DNA of 64,000 bases from NCBI GenBank assembly GCA_036514715.1, contig DATBWR010000016.1:42368-106367 (forward strand). The letters are read 5' to 3'. This DNA comes from Candidatus Nanoarchaeia archaeon. Lineage in GTDB: Bacteria; Patescibacteriota; Microgenomatia; Woykebacterales; RBG-16-39-9b. The translations under genes were made by a program, and so were the position numbers. Each line of letters starts with the position of its first letter. Within the stretch, counting starts at the first letter, position 1. A model generated the notes under the pieces. That model had not been told where the DNA came from and did not search any database. It saw only the letters and a program-made list of their open reading frames with translations. Shown in pieces: positions 17,998 through 27,466 of this stretch.

Positions 17998-19845
17998 TTG
18001 CTGATGAATAAATTTTTGGAAGGGTTAAACGCCCAGCAACAAGAAGCGGTAACTACTACTGAGGGGCCGCTTTTGGTTTTATCCGGACCAGGGTCTGGTA
18101 AAACTCGGGTCATCACCCACCGCATTGCTTACATTATCGACCAAAAACTGGCCGCTCCAGAAGAAATTATGGCAGTAACTTTCACCAATAAAGCTGCTGG
18201 TGAGATGAAGGAACGACTGAAGAAACTGGTAACCATCGCTCCAGCTTGGATGGGAACTTTTCACTCTATTTGCGCCCGTATCTTAAGAGCCGATGGTGGT
18301 GCTGTCGGCATTAGCCCTCGTTTTATTATTTACGATGATAACGACAGTTTGGATTTAATTAAGGATATCCTCAAAGAACTTAATATCGACCCAAAAAATT
18401 TTTCCTCGTATTCAATCAAAGGTGCTCTTAGCAGCGCGAAAAACGAGATGGTTGGGCCTAAAGAATATGAAGGTTTGGCCCGAGGCTATTTCCAAGAAAT
18501 TGTTGCTAAAGTTTATTTCCGCTATCAAGATGCCTTACGGAAAAACCAAGCGCTGGATTTTGATGACCTTTTAATGGAGACTGTTCTGCTTTTTGAAAAG
18601 TTTCCTGAAATGGCCACCAAATACCAAAACCGCTTCAAATACGTACTAATTGATGAGTATCAAGACACTAATAAAGCTCAGTATTTGTTGTCCAAAATTA
18701 TTGCCGACAAACATCAAAATCTTTGTGTGGTTGGGGATGCAGCTCAAGCCATTTACGGTTGGAGGGGGGCAGATTATCGCAACATTTTAAATTTTTCTAA
18801 AGATTTTCCGAGTGTGAAAATTATTAACCTTGAACAAAACTACCGCTCAACCAAGAATATTTTGAGCGCGGCCAAAAGTGTTATCAGCCACAACCGCTCT
18901 CACCCTGTTCTTAACCTTTGGACTGAAAATGAGGCGGGAATACCAACGGTTTTGTATGAAGCTAAAAACGAGGTTGAAGAGGCAGAGTTTGTCGTCCGCA
19001 ACATTACCAAGTTAATGGCTGCCCACCAAAACTATTCTTTAAGCTCATTTGCTGTTCTTTACCGCACCAACGCTCAAAGCCGAGTACTGGAGGAAGTTTT
19101 CTTAAGAGGCGGCATGCCTTACGTCTTAGTTGGCGGGACACGCTTCTATGACCGTCGGGAAGTTAAAGACGTCTTAGCTTACTTACGCTATCTGGCTAAC
19201 CCAAACGACAGTTTGAGCTTTAAGCGTGTTGTTAACACCCCACCGCGTGGTATCGGTCCAAAGGCTCTTCAAGAACCAAACAACCCCAAGGTAGCTAAGT
19301 TTAAAGAACGGTCAGAACTTTTGCGTCAGAAGGCTTCTGCTCAAGAGACTATCGATATTATCGATTTGGTTTTAGCTGAAACAAAATATTTGACTTACCT
19401 TGACGACGGTTCGGAAGAATCGCCCTCTAGAATTGAAAACGTTAAAGAACTGCGTAGTGTGGCTAGCGAGTTCCCGCAACTGGCCGACTTTCTGGAAAAC
19501 GTTTCTTTAGTTGAACAAGAGTATCTCCCTAATCGTCAGAGAGTTGAAGAGAAAAAGGAAGCGGTGACCTTAATGACTTTGCATTCAGCTAAAGGTCTTG
19601 AGTTTCCGGTCGTCTTCATCGTGGGTATGGAAGAAGGTCTCTTCCCGCATAACCAGTCCATGACAGATGCTTTGGAACTAGAGGAAGAGCGTCGACTTTG
19701 TTACGTCGGTATTACCCGCGCCCAAAAACAACTTTACCTTACCTACACAGAGTCCCGACTTTACTTTGGCAACCGAACCCAAGGTATTATTTCCCGCTTC
19801 GTTCTCGACATCCCCGAAAACCTTTTAATACCCATCCGTTTTTAA
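17998..19845 (+). CDS. UvrD/PcrA-family ATP-dependent DNA helicase
   Basis: LVLSGPGSGKTRV Walker A and UvrD helicase motifs. 615 aa. Confidence 0.9.
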   Translation: MLMNKFLEGLNAQQQEAVTTTEGPLLVLSGPGSGKTRVITHRIAYIIDQKLAAPEEIMAVTFTNKAAGEMKERLKKLVTIAPAWMGTFHSICARILRADGGAVGISPRFIIYDDNDSLDLIKDILKELNIDPKNFSSYSIKGALSSAKNEMVGPKEYEGLARGYFQEIVAKVYFRYQDALRKNQALDFDDLLMETVLLFEKFPEMATKYQNRFKYVLIDEYQDTNKAQYLLSKIIADKHQNLCVVGDAAQAIYGWRGADYRNILNFSKDFPSVKIINLEQNYRSTKNILSAAKSVISHNRSHPVLNLWTENEAGIPTVLYEAKNEVEEAEFVVRNITKLMAAHQNYSLSSFAVLYRTNAQSRVLEEVFLRGGMPYVLVGGTRFYDRREVKDVLAYLRYLANPNDSLSFKRVVNTPPRGIGPKALQEPNNPKVAKFKERSELLRQKASAQETIDIIDLVLAETKYLTYLDDGSEESPSRIENVKELRSVASEFPQLADFLENVSLVEQEYLPNRQRVEEKKEAVTLMTLHSAKGLEFPVVFIVGMEEGLFPHNQSMTDALELEEERRLCYVGITRAQKQLYLTYTESRLYFGNRTQGIISRFVLDIPENLLIPIRF

Positions 19846-19893
19846 GTTTAAAGTTTGCAAAAGAACTTTCTTTCTTCTAGAATCTTCTGTTAG

Positions 19894-20661
19894 ATGCGCC
19901 TTGTTGCAGGCAAAATCAACACCTTCAATTCTACTGTGGAAGGGTTTTCTACCCTTTTCTTTAACCGCGTTTCTTATCGTACTGCTGGTTTAGTTTTTTT
20001 AATTTCGACTTTTGCTTTTTTTGAATTCCTTTTTCCCCAGGTGACTTTTGGCGGTATCAACAATGTCTTTAATTTTAGCCTTTCCAATCCGGTTGACCCA
20101 GCCACAAAGTCGCTTTTTTCCGAAAAAATTACCACCGCTAGCGAAGTAGTTAACTACACAACTCGGACGATTATCGACCCTTCTTTAAAAGATGGGGAAA
20201 CCAAGGTCATCAAGGCAGGTAGCAGTGGTAAAAAAGTTTTCGAAAACCGCTTCATTTACCACAATGGCCAGGAGTTTTCTAAAACTACGGTTTTGATCGA
20301 AAGCGTTCCTCCTAGCGAAGAGGTTGTTGCCGTTGCTCCTAGCAAGCAAACTATTGACACGATTTACGGAACTTTAACTTATTATCAAAAACTTACTGTC
20401 TGGGCTACCTCTTACGATGCCAGTTGCGCTGGCTGCAATAAAACTACTGCCGTCGGTTTACCCACTGGTTACGGTGTGATTGCAGTTGACCCTAAAATAA
20501 TTCCCTTAGGATCAAGGGTTTATATTCCCGGTTACGGAGTGGCTACTGCCGGCGATACTGGTGGGAGCATTAAAGGTAATAAAATTGACCTTGGTTTTAA
20601 TGATGTTTCTCAAGGTTGGTGGTCTGCCCGCTACACTGATATTTACCTTTTAACTGATTAA
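19894..20661 (+). CDS. 3D-domain (YabE/YuiC/MltA-like) cell-wall protein
   Basis: C-terminal VWATSYDASCAGC...AVDPKIIPLGSRVYIPGYG...DTGGSIKGNKIDL 3D-domain signature. Confidence 0.7.
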   Translation: MRLVAGKINTFNSTVEGFSTLFFNRVSYRTAGLVFLISTFAFFEFLFPQVTFGGINNVFNFSLSNPVDPATKSLFSEKITTASEVVNYTTRTIIDPSLKDGETKVIKAGSSGKKVFENRFIYHNGQEFSKTTVLIESVPPSEEVVAVAPSKQTIDTIYGTLTYYQKLTVWATSYDASCAGCNKTTAVGLPTGYGVIAVDPKIIPLGSRVYIPGYGVATAGDTGGSIKGNKIDLGFNDVSQGWWSARYTDIYLLTD

Positions 20662-20692
20662 ATTCCCCTTCAAAATAGTTTAATATGGGTTT

Positions 20693-21586
20693 ATGACCGA
20701 CATTCGCCAATCACCCTATTGGTCAGAATTTATGAAAGAGTTGGGATGGGGAGTCGAAAAAATTGGCAAAAAAGATCAAAAACAATTTGTTTTTCTTAAA
20801 AAGATCCCTCTTTTAGGAACGGTTTTAAAATCCCCCCGAATTGCCACTCCTATACCCTTTACCGAGATCGACGAACTAGCACAAGAAAGTAAGGCCGCCT
20901 TTGCCAAAATCGAGCCAAACCACACTAGTTCAGACAAAAGCCTATTTGCGGCTCTAGCCCAAAACTCCTTTTTACCAGAACGTTGGTCTTTGCATCCAAC
21001 GAAAACTATCATCATTGATCTAAGAAAAGGCGAAAACGAGCTTTTGGCAAATATGGAAAAAGATACTCGCTACAGCATCCGGGCGTCCCAACGACGGGGA
21101 GTTCGGGTGGTCAAAAGTAGTGACCTGGAAAGGTTTTTAAAGCTTTATCGGCAGACTGCCAAACGGCAGCGATTTTGGATTGCCGAAGCAGAGCTGAGGC
21201 TGTTGTGGGAGATTTTTTCTAACGAAGGCAAAGCTTTTATCTTAATTGCTCAGTGGAATAAAGCGGATATCGCTGGCTGTTTAATTTTGCATTACGACAA
21301 AAAAGCCTATTATTACCACGCTGCCTCGATCCGCCATTTGGGCGAGCTTTTTGCTCCGTATCTCTTAGTCTGGGAAGCAATGTTAAAATCCAAGGCCTTA
21401 AAGTTGAAGGAGCTGGATCTGGAAGGAATTTATGATCCGCGTATCCCCACAACCTCTAAGTGGCGCGGCTTTAGTCATTTTAAAAAGGGTTTTCGTGGGG
21501 AAGAAGTAGAGCTGGCCGGTAGTTTCGTAAAAACTTACAACCCCTTGGCAAAACTACTTTTCAAATTCGGCAACTTTTCTTTTTGA
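20693..21586 (+). CDS. FemAB-family peptidoglycan bridge-formation aminoacyltransferase-like
   Basis: DTRYSIRASQRRGVRV and GNAT-fold-like features consistent with the FemABX family. Confidence 0.55.
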   Translation: MTDIRQSPYWSEFMKELGWGVEKIGKKDQKQFVFLKKIPLLGTVLKSPRIATPIPFTEIDELAQESKAAFAKIEPNHTSSDKSLFAALAQNSFLPERWSLHPTKTIIIDLRKGENELLANMEKDTRYSIRASQRRGVRVVKSSDLERFLKLYRQTAKRQRFWIAEAELRLLWEIFSNEGKAFILIAQWNKADIAGCLILHYDKKAYYYHAASIRHLGELFAPYLLVWEAMLKSKALKLKELDLEGIYDPRIPTTSKWRGFSHFKKGFRGEEVELAGSFVKTYNPLAKLLFKFGNFSF

Positions 21587-21620
21587 AGCTACTGTCCCAA
21601 TTGTCTTGAACCTATAGTTG

Positions 21621-21649
21621 TTGACTTTTCCTAAATTTAGTGCTATAAT
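21621..21649 (+). promoter_or_regulatory. Near-consensus sigma70 promoter (TTGACT-17-TATAAT) driving the GC-rich island gene
   Basis: TTGACT at 21621-21626, 17-nt spacer, TATAAT at 21644-21649. An AAGGAGG RBS at 21663-21669 and a GTG at 21678 follow. Confidence 0.6.
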
Positions 21650-21677
21650 TTTCGCCAAAAGTAAGGAGGGAGAAACG

Positions 21678-22676
21678 GTGGTCGTGTCAAACTCAGAAGA
21701 GGGCCTTCTTGATCGAATCGTTAGGATCGCTTTTGAGGAAACGGCGCCGGAAATCCACGCTTTAGTGGTCCACCGTTTCCCCGATGACGATGCATGGCTC
21801 AGCACCTGGATAGCCAGGAAGTTCATTCCCAGGGCAGCCAACGCCCAACTCGTTTTCGTGAGGTCGGGGGAAAAACTGCCTGGAACCGAAGATGATCCGC
21901 ATGTGCTCCACTTCGATACCGGAGGGGGCGAATACGACCAGCACAACAGGAGCCTGGAAAAAACCTGCAGTGCTGTTCTTCTGGCCAACAGGTTAGGGGT
22001 TCAGAATGACCCAGGTCTAACCGAGCTACTCAAGATGGCGACCGATGTGGACAACGTCAGGAAGCTGCCTCCGACCAGCATTCACTACGCTATCGAAGGC
22101 TACGCCCGGCTCTTCCAAAAGGAAAACGAAGTTGCCTGGGAAAAGGTTCAGGAGCGGGTGTTTGAGCTCTTCAACATTGTCTACGGACAAGAAGCCCAAC
22201 GAGCTCGAGGAAAAAACGATCTAGAGAAATTCGGGCGGTGGACACAGCACCCTAACGGTGCCAAGGTTTGCTTTCTTCCCTATCACCCAAACACTCGCGA
22301 AGCTGCTTTCGCAGCGGGAGCAACTGTGGTGATTTGGACTGAAGCTTGCAAAGCGCCTTTCAGGGGTCGGGTCCAGATCGGTATTCAACGTAGCCGTGAC
22401 CACGAGTACCTCAAACTGAGGAGTGTGGCCTGGTCGCTGCGGAAAGCTGAGGCCTTGCAACGCACCCTTCAGCTGGGTGAGCAAGAGCTGGGGGCGGTGG
22501 GAGAAGATTCCAACACTCATTGGTTCCTACACGACAGCTTGGGCTTTGTTTGCAACGGCAGCCGCACTCACCCGCTGGAGAGAGAAGAAGAGTTTAGTTT
22601 GCTCAGTCTGAATCAGGTTCTAAATCTGGTAAACCGCGAGGTAGCTTCAATGTCGCTTGCTCCTGCAGGCAGATAA
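21678..22676 (+). CDS. Divergent DHH-superfamily phosphoesterase-like protein (NrnA-like motif HRFPDDDAWLS...YDQH); GC-elevated foreign-looking gene
   Basis: Start assigned to the GTG 8 nt after the AAGGAGG RBS; the ORF track extends it to a TTG at 21618. Motif II resembles the NrnA H-x-x-PDxDAxGS motif. Rough hand counts give 53-58% GC. Confidence 0.35.
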   Translation: MVVSNSEEGLLDRIVRIAFEETAPEIHALVVHRFPDDDAWLSTWIARKFIPRAANAQLVFVRSGEKLPGTEDDPHVLHFDTGGGEYDQHNRSLEKTCSAVLLANRLGVQNDPGLTELLKMATDVDNVRKLPPTSIHYAIEGYARLFQKENEVAWEKVQERVFELFNIVYGQEAQRARGKNDLEKFGRWTQHPNGAKVCFLPYHPNTREAAFAAGATVVIWTEACKAPFRGRVQIGIQRSRDHEYLKLRSVAWSLRKAEALQRTLQLGEQELGAVGEDSNTHWFLHDSLGFVCNGSRTHPLEREEEFSLLSLNQVLNLVNREVASMSLAPAGR

Positions 22677-22761
22677 GGAGGCTTCGGTCAGAGGAGTGAA
22701 AATCCACAAGATTTTCGCCCCTTCTTTATTTTCAAATTCTTCCCTCTCTTAAATTAAAAGC

Positions 22762-22790
22762 AAAAAATCCATCTCTTTTTGAGATGGAAA
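22762..22790. terminator. Bidirectional hairpin terminator between convergent island genes
   Basis: AAAAAAT CCATCTC TTTTT GAGATGG AAAG. Confidence 0.5.
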
Positions 22791-22903
22791 GTGTTGGGAA
22801 GGTTTTTTGCAACCAGACTCGTTTTCGAGTACTTCCCCTGATTCTTATTCTATTTTTGGAGTTCCTTGCGTCAGTAATGTTCGCCGATCACCCTCTGTCC
22901 TTT

Positions 22904-23791
22904 CTAGCTGTAGCGACCGGGCCCGCGGTTGCTCTTCCTGCTATTGCGCGGTGCCCCTCGCTTCTCGATCCTCTTTTTGCTTCGCGGAGTTGGTTCCGAC
23001 GGAACGTACTCGACTACCTGATGGTCTGCGAGAAGCCGCACCATTTCCTCAGCCGCACCATCAAGCGGGTCTGACGCTGCAGATTGGTGACCGTCGCAGG
23101 TAACCTGACCGTTAGCAACGGACAAGCCACCACGGTGAGGTGTGCCCCGAACAGGACAGCAGTAGTGTCCTTGGCAAACCACACCGCCTTCCACCACCCT
23201 TAGGTTCCCCCAGTGCTTCTCTGGTGAGTTCACTACGAGGCAGGATGGAGCGGGTGTGTTTGCGGGGTTATGACCCTCGCAGTGCCACCTACCGTTCACC
23301 TTCACGAGCTTCGCACCAGAGTGAGGCGTGCCGTTCTGAACCACACAGCGAACGCTTGTGGTCACCCGAGCCTTGACTCCGGAAACGATGCCGCTCTGTG
23401 GATCCGAGGCTTTTTTGGTTGCCTTGAACCCTTTTCGGCAGCGGTCGCAATACGGATTTTCACCTTCGGCGACTGGCTTCGTCACGCGCTCACACGTAGC
23501 GAAGTTGGTACAGTCGACATAACCCCTACTTCTGAGCTTCTGCACATAGCAGGAACCGCAGTAAGGGTCTAACCCTGTCCGTAGTTTCGTCAAGCGTTTG
23601 CACTTGGCGTAGTTGACACACTCAACGTACCCCTGCTTCCTCAGCTCCTCTTCGAAGCATGGTTGGCAAAGGGGACCGTTGGGATCGGCGGGGTTCTTGC
23701 CGCACTTGGAGCACATCTTTTCGCTTGGAGTCTCGGCTGAGACAGCCTCGCTCACCTTGGTTGTTTTTGCGCTTGACTTATGTGCTGCCAC
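22904..23791 (-). CDS. Cysteine-rich protein with internal repeats (3x CxxC...GYV[ED]C.N[YF]A.C and 2x GTPHxG...NG...C[ED]GH) and a basic C-terminal tail; function unknown
   Basis: 295 aa. GTG start with an AAGGAGGG RBS. GC-elevated. The repeats are visible in the translation. Confidence 0.6.
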   Translation of the reverse strand: MAAHKSSAKTTKVSEAVSAETPSEKMCSKCGKNPADPNGPLCQPCFEEELRKQGYVECVNYAKCKRLTKLRTGLDPYCGSCYVQKLRSRGYVDCTNFATCERVTKPVAEGENPYCDRCRKGFKATKKASDPQSGIVSGVKARVTTSVRCVVQNGTPHSGAKLVKVNGRWHCEGHNPANTPAPSCLVVNSPEKHWGNLRVVEGGVVCQGHYCCPVRGTPHRGGLSVANGQVTCDGHQSAASDPLDGAAEEMVRLLADHQVVEYVPSEPTPRSKKRIEKRGAPRNSRKSNRGPGRYS

Positions 23792-24446
23792 TTTGAAAAT
23801 CCCTCCTTAAAAATGGGGCTAACTAACGTGTGGAGCGCTATTTGGTTGTTAAGGACCTCCTTTAGGCGACTATTATACTCCTTTCAAGCTAAATCTAATC
23901 CTCACGAAGCTGGCTTAGCAAGGGGAAAGAATTCACCTCCTTTTTTGACCTCTCACCAAGCCAAGTTCGTATTGATTAAGTTTTTAAAGATAGAGACGGG
24001 CGGTGAGGGGTTTTCCGTTCAGCATATAGCTTACTTGTACTTTCCTCACCACCCAGAGAGTTTCTCGAAGACTAACCTCGCGGCGGGGTCTTCGGCTAGG
24101 TCGACGTAGCTCTGGAGGCTAGCGCCGGCTGTAGGATGGGTTAGCGGGTCCGCTTGTACTCGATGGCCTTCTCCAGTTCGAAGAAGATGATGCCGTCGAT
24201 GACCCAGTATGGCCGATCCGAAACCTTGCGCTGCACTTTATTTTCCTTTCGCTACTGTACAACCAGTTTTGTAGCTAATACTATAACATATTTTTGTCCT
24301 TTTGTCAAGTTCTATAGGACGTTCTTGAGAGCTAGATCAAGAACGTCCTGCGCTTTGCTACGCAAAGCTAGGGTCTATAACTAAATCAATATTTTGTAAC
24401 CCATAGTTAGAGTCTGTTTCCTTCTGTGGATTAGGGCGTAAGTGGA

Positions 24447-27389
24447 CTATTTATTAGCTAGAGAGAAGGGGCAAATGGAGTTGTATGCACAGTAATTACA
24501 GGCCGGTACTCGGCCAAAATACTTGGGGTTAGCGGGGAAATTATTGTTTTGTAAATTCTGCTTTATGTTTTGGGAAACTTCAATTATTTCGTTTTCTGTT
24601 TTTTCTAGAGCTTCTTTTTCCGGCTCATAACCGCCTGCTAAACCAGAGTCCAAGTCGTAAATGCCAACAAACTCTGGAATAACTTGATAATTTTTATAAT
24701 AGCCTAAAGTATAGACTTTAAGTTGGATGCTTTTCTTTGCATCTTTTTCCAAATTTTTGTGGGTGCGGCCTTCGGTTGATTTAAAATCAATAATTCTTAC
24801 CTTTTCCCCGTCAACATCAACCCGATCAAAACGGCCGCTGACTAAGACTTTCGTCTTTCTACCGTTTAAATTGAAGCGAAAAGGTTTTTCAATAAAAGTC
24901 GGGATTTCTCTCGACTTTTTCTCCCGGTTCCAAAAATTTCTAATGACTTCTTTAGCTTGGATAAGTCGCTTTTCCTCGTGCTCAGCAGTCAAAAACCCCT
25001 CGGAAATCCAAGCATTTTCCAAAACTTCCAGCGTCGACTCTAGGTTAAGTGTCTTACCGACCATTTTCTGGCGGTAGAACTCTGCGACAGCAGCATGGAG
25101 CGCGTAGCCGTAAATTACGGTGTGGTGACGTAAAATCGGTACCCGTAGCACATGGGCGTAACGGTATTTGTAAGCGCAAGTTTCGTAATCATCAATTGAA
25201 GCTTGGGTTAAGCGAATAATTTCCGACTCTCTTTTAGCGCTAAAAGGTGTCGGTGGTCTACCGGCAAACTGTTCAATTTTTCCCCGAACGGTCTGTTGTT
25301 GGAGACTCTCCTCCATCTTAGGCCGATCTAAGGCTTCTAAAACAAACGGAGAAATTTTTTTAAAGCGCTTGCCTCCAACGTCTTTGGACCAAGTGTAGTA
25401 AAGCCGGCTCTTGGCGCGGGTTGTGCCTACATAAAAAAGCCTACGTTCTTCTTGAACATGGTAGTCACCTAACGGTAAAACTTCCTTGATAAGTACTTCT
25501 GGAAGAGAAATCGGCTCACCCCGCTCTCGGGAAGGAAAATGATCAGCATCTAGTCCGACCATAAAAACAACTTTAAACTCTAAGCCCTTGGCTGCGTGCA
25601 CAGTCATTACGTTTACTGCATTTTGTTCCGGGTCAGCCTCTGCGGTGGCTGGATCGTCTCCGGCCAAACGCATAATTTCAAGGTAGTCAATAAAAGCGCG
25701 AACTGACTCATTTTGGGAAAGGTCAATAAACTCTTTAATTTTGTCGAAAAACTTGGCAATATTCTGGATTTTTACCTCTGCCTCCACACCTTGTTTTTCC
25801 AGTTTCTCTAGGTACTTAGTTCGTTGAATAAACTCGTACAAAACTTTACCCACGTTTTCACGGCGTGATAAATCAAGGAATTTTTCGACATCGGTGTTTA
25901 TTTGCTTGACTGTCTCTCGGCCCGCCTCTGAAACCTGTATTTCTTCAAGTTTTTCGAGATTTTTAAAAACATAGTGCAAGGTTCTTGAGCGTCGTTTGGC
26001 TAAATCCATAGCAACTATACAGTCCTCTGGTGGTAAATTGTAAACAACGCTCGCAGCCAAGTTGTAGAGGTTGAGGCTGTCATCAAAATTGGAAATTGCA
26101 GTCAGAAACGAGATTAAAACTTTAACTTCCGGCTGGTTGTAAAGACCTGAGAAACCGACAAATTTATGAGGAATACCCTTTAAGTTTAGCGCTCGCAAAA
26201 ATGGGTCAGCTTGAGAATTAGCCCTGATCAAAATCGCAGTTTCTTTAAAATCTAACTTGCTTTTTGTAAGTTTTTCAATTTCACTAGCGACAAAATCAGT
26301 TTCCTCAGATAAGGTTGGGCAGGTCACTAGCGTTGGTCCCTCTCCAAGCACGCTGCGGCCGGCAGTAAGTTTTTTATTAATTTTATTCTTTACTTCCAAA
26401 CGGTCCGGATCGTTAAAACGTATTAGACGGTAGCCAGCATCCAGTAAATTCTGAGTAGAGCGGTAATTGGTGGCTAAAACAATTTGTTTAGACTTCTTAA
26501 AAGCCTTTTTGAACTCTAAAATATTGGAGATTGCCGCTCCCCTGAACTTGTAGATACTTTGGTCATCATCCCCAACCACACAAATATTTTGGTGGGACTT
26601 GGCTAGCAGCTTGACCAGTTCGTTTTGGGCGTAGTTGGTATCTTGGTATTCATCCACTAAAATATACTTAAACTTCTGTTGGTACTCTTTGAGAATTTTA
26701 GGTCGCCTCCGAAAAAGGTTTAGAGTCATCAAAACTTGATCACCGTAATCAATTTTTCCGGCAGCTGTTTTCAACCGCTCGTATTGCTCATAAACTTTAC
26801 CTAACTCCTCCTGCCTCTTAATTTCTTCCAAAAACTCCCTCTTTTCCTCTGCACTTTTGGCTTTTAACTTTTGACTTTTTAATTCTCTAATATATTTTTG
26901 ATACTGTTCGGGTGAGACGTCTTCATCCTTACAACGACTAATAAAGGCCAAAATAGCCTCGATAAATTTAGTCGGGTTGGCGAGCGGTCGGTAATAGTTA
27001 AGATCAAAGGCAAATAAGTTTTGTTGGAAAAATAAATTTGCTTGGGGACGGGTCAAAACTTGGAAATCTGGCGGTAAACCCAGATCCAAGGCTTTTTCCC
27101 TTAAGATCCTGTCGCCGAAAGCGTGGAAAGTGGAGATCCAAGTGTCGATATAACCATAAGGTACCAGAACGTCAACTCTTTCCTCCATTTCGGCCGCGGC
27201 TTTTTCCGTAAAAGTAAGCCCCAGAATTTCCGAAGGTTTAGCTAATTTTTTTTCAATGATGTAGGCGATGCGTCGGGTGATAACGCTAGTTTTTCCAGTC
27301 CCAGCTCCAGCGATAATCAACAACGGGCCTTTGGTAGTGGTTACAGCCTCTTTTTGTTGCTGGTTCAAGCCTTTAAGAATATCTGCCAT
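24447..27389 (-). CDS. UvrD-family helicase fused to a C-terminal PD-(D/E)xK (RecB/Cas4-like, 4-Cys) nuclease domain
   Basis: IIAGAGTGKTSV Walker A. C-terminal IIDFKS...QLKVY nuclease motifs and a CNYCAYNSICPF cysteine cluster. 980 aa. Confidence 0.85.
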   Translation of the reverse strand: MADILKGLNQQQKEAVTTTKGPLLIIAGAGTGKTSVITRRIAYIIEKKLAKPSEILGLTFTEKAAAEMEERVDVLVPYGYIDTWISTFHAFGDRILREKALDLGLPPDFQVLTRPQANLFFQQNLFAFDLNYYRPLANPTKFIEAILAFISRCKDEDVSPEQYQKYIRELKSQKLKAKSAEEKREFLEEIKRQEELGKVYEQYERLKTAAGKIDYGDQVLMTLNLFRRRPKILKEYQQKFKYILVDEYQDTNYAQNELVKLLAKSHQNICVVGDDDQSIYKFRGAAISNILEFKKAFKKSKQIVLATNYRSTQNLLDAGYRLIRFNDPDRLEVKNKINKKLTAGRSVLGEGPTLVTCPTLSEETDFVASEIEKLTKSKLDFKETAILIRANSQADPFLRALNLKGIPHKFVGFSGLYNQPEVKVLISFLTAISNFDDSLNLYNLAASVVYNLPPEDCIVAMDLAKRRSRTLHYVFKNLEKLEEIQVSEAGRETVKQINTDVEKFLDLSRRENVGKVLYEFIQRTKYLEKLEKQGVEAEVKIQNIAKFFDKIKEFIDLSQNESVRAFIDYLEIMRLAGDDPATAEADPEQNAVNVMTVHAAKGLEFKVVFMVGLDADHFPSRERGEPISLPEVLIKEVLPLGDYHVQEERRLFYVGTTRAKSRLYYTWSKDVGGKRFKKISPFVLEALDRPKMEESLQQQTVRGKIEQFAGRPPTPFSAKRESEIIRLTQASIDDYETCAYKYRYAHVLRVPILRHHTVIYGYALHAAVAEFYRQKMVGKTLNLESTLEVLENAWISEGFLTAEHEEKRLIQAKEVIRNFWNREKKSREIPTFIEKPFRFNLNGRKTKVLVSGRFDRVDVDGEKVRIIDFKSTEGRTHKNLEKDAKKSIQLKVYTLGYYKNYQVIPEFVGIYDLDSGLAGGYEPEKEALEKTENEIIEVSQNIKQNLQNNNFPANPKYFGRVPACNYCAYNSICPFSLANK

Positions 27390-27420
27390 GGGAAACTATT
27401 GTACAGATAATTGAGGGAAA

Positions 27421-27452
27421 AGAAAAACGACCCGAAAAATTTCGAGTCGTTT
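27421..27452 (-). terminator. Rho-independent terminator (minus strand) after the rmuC-small ORF unit
   Basis: AAACGAC...GTCGTTT stem, with TTTTTCTTTTCC on the minus strand. Confidence 0.5.
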
Positions 27453-27466
27453 GTAGCCACAAGACT

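Noticed and set aside
22784-23103. Two plus-strand ORFs (96 and 98 aa) at the 3' end of the Cys-rich gene
   Set aside because: They overlap the convergent, better-supported minus-strand gene. The area is GC-rich with few stops, and there is no RBS.
23780-24384. Plus-strand ORFs 23780..24109 and 24154..24384
   Set aside because: No RBS and implausible composition. The region is better explained as the promoter/leader of the minus-strand Cys-rich gene plus two intergenic hairpins (24316-24349 and 24352-24368).
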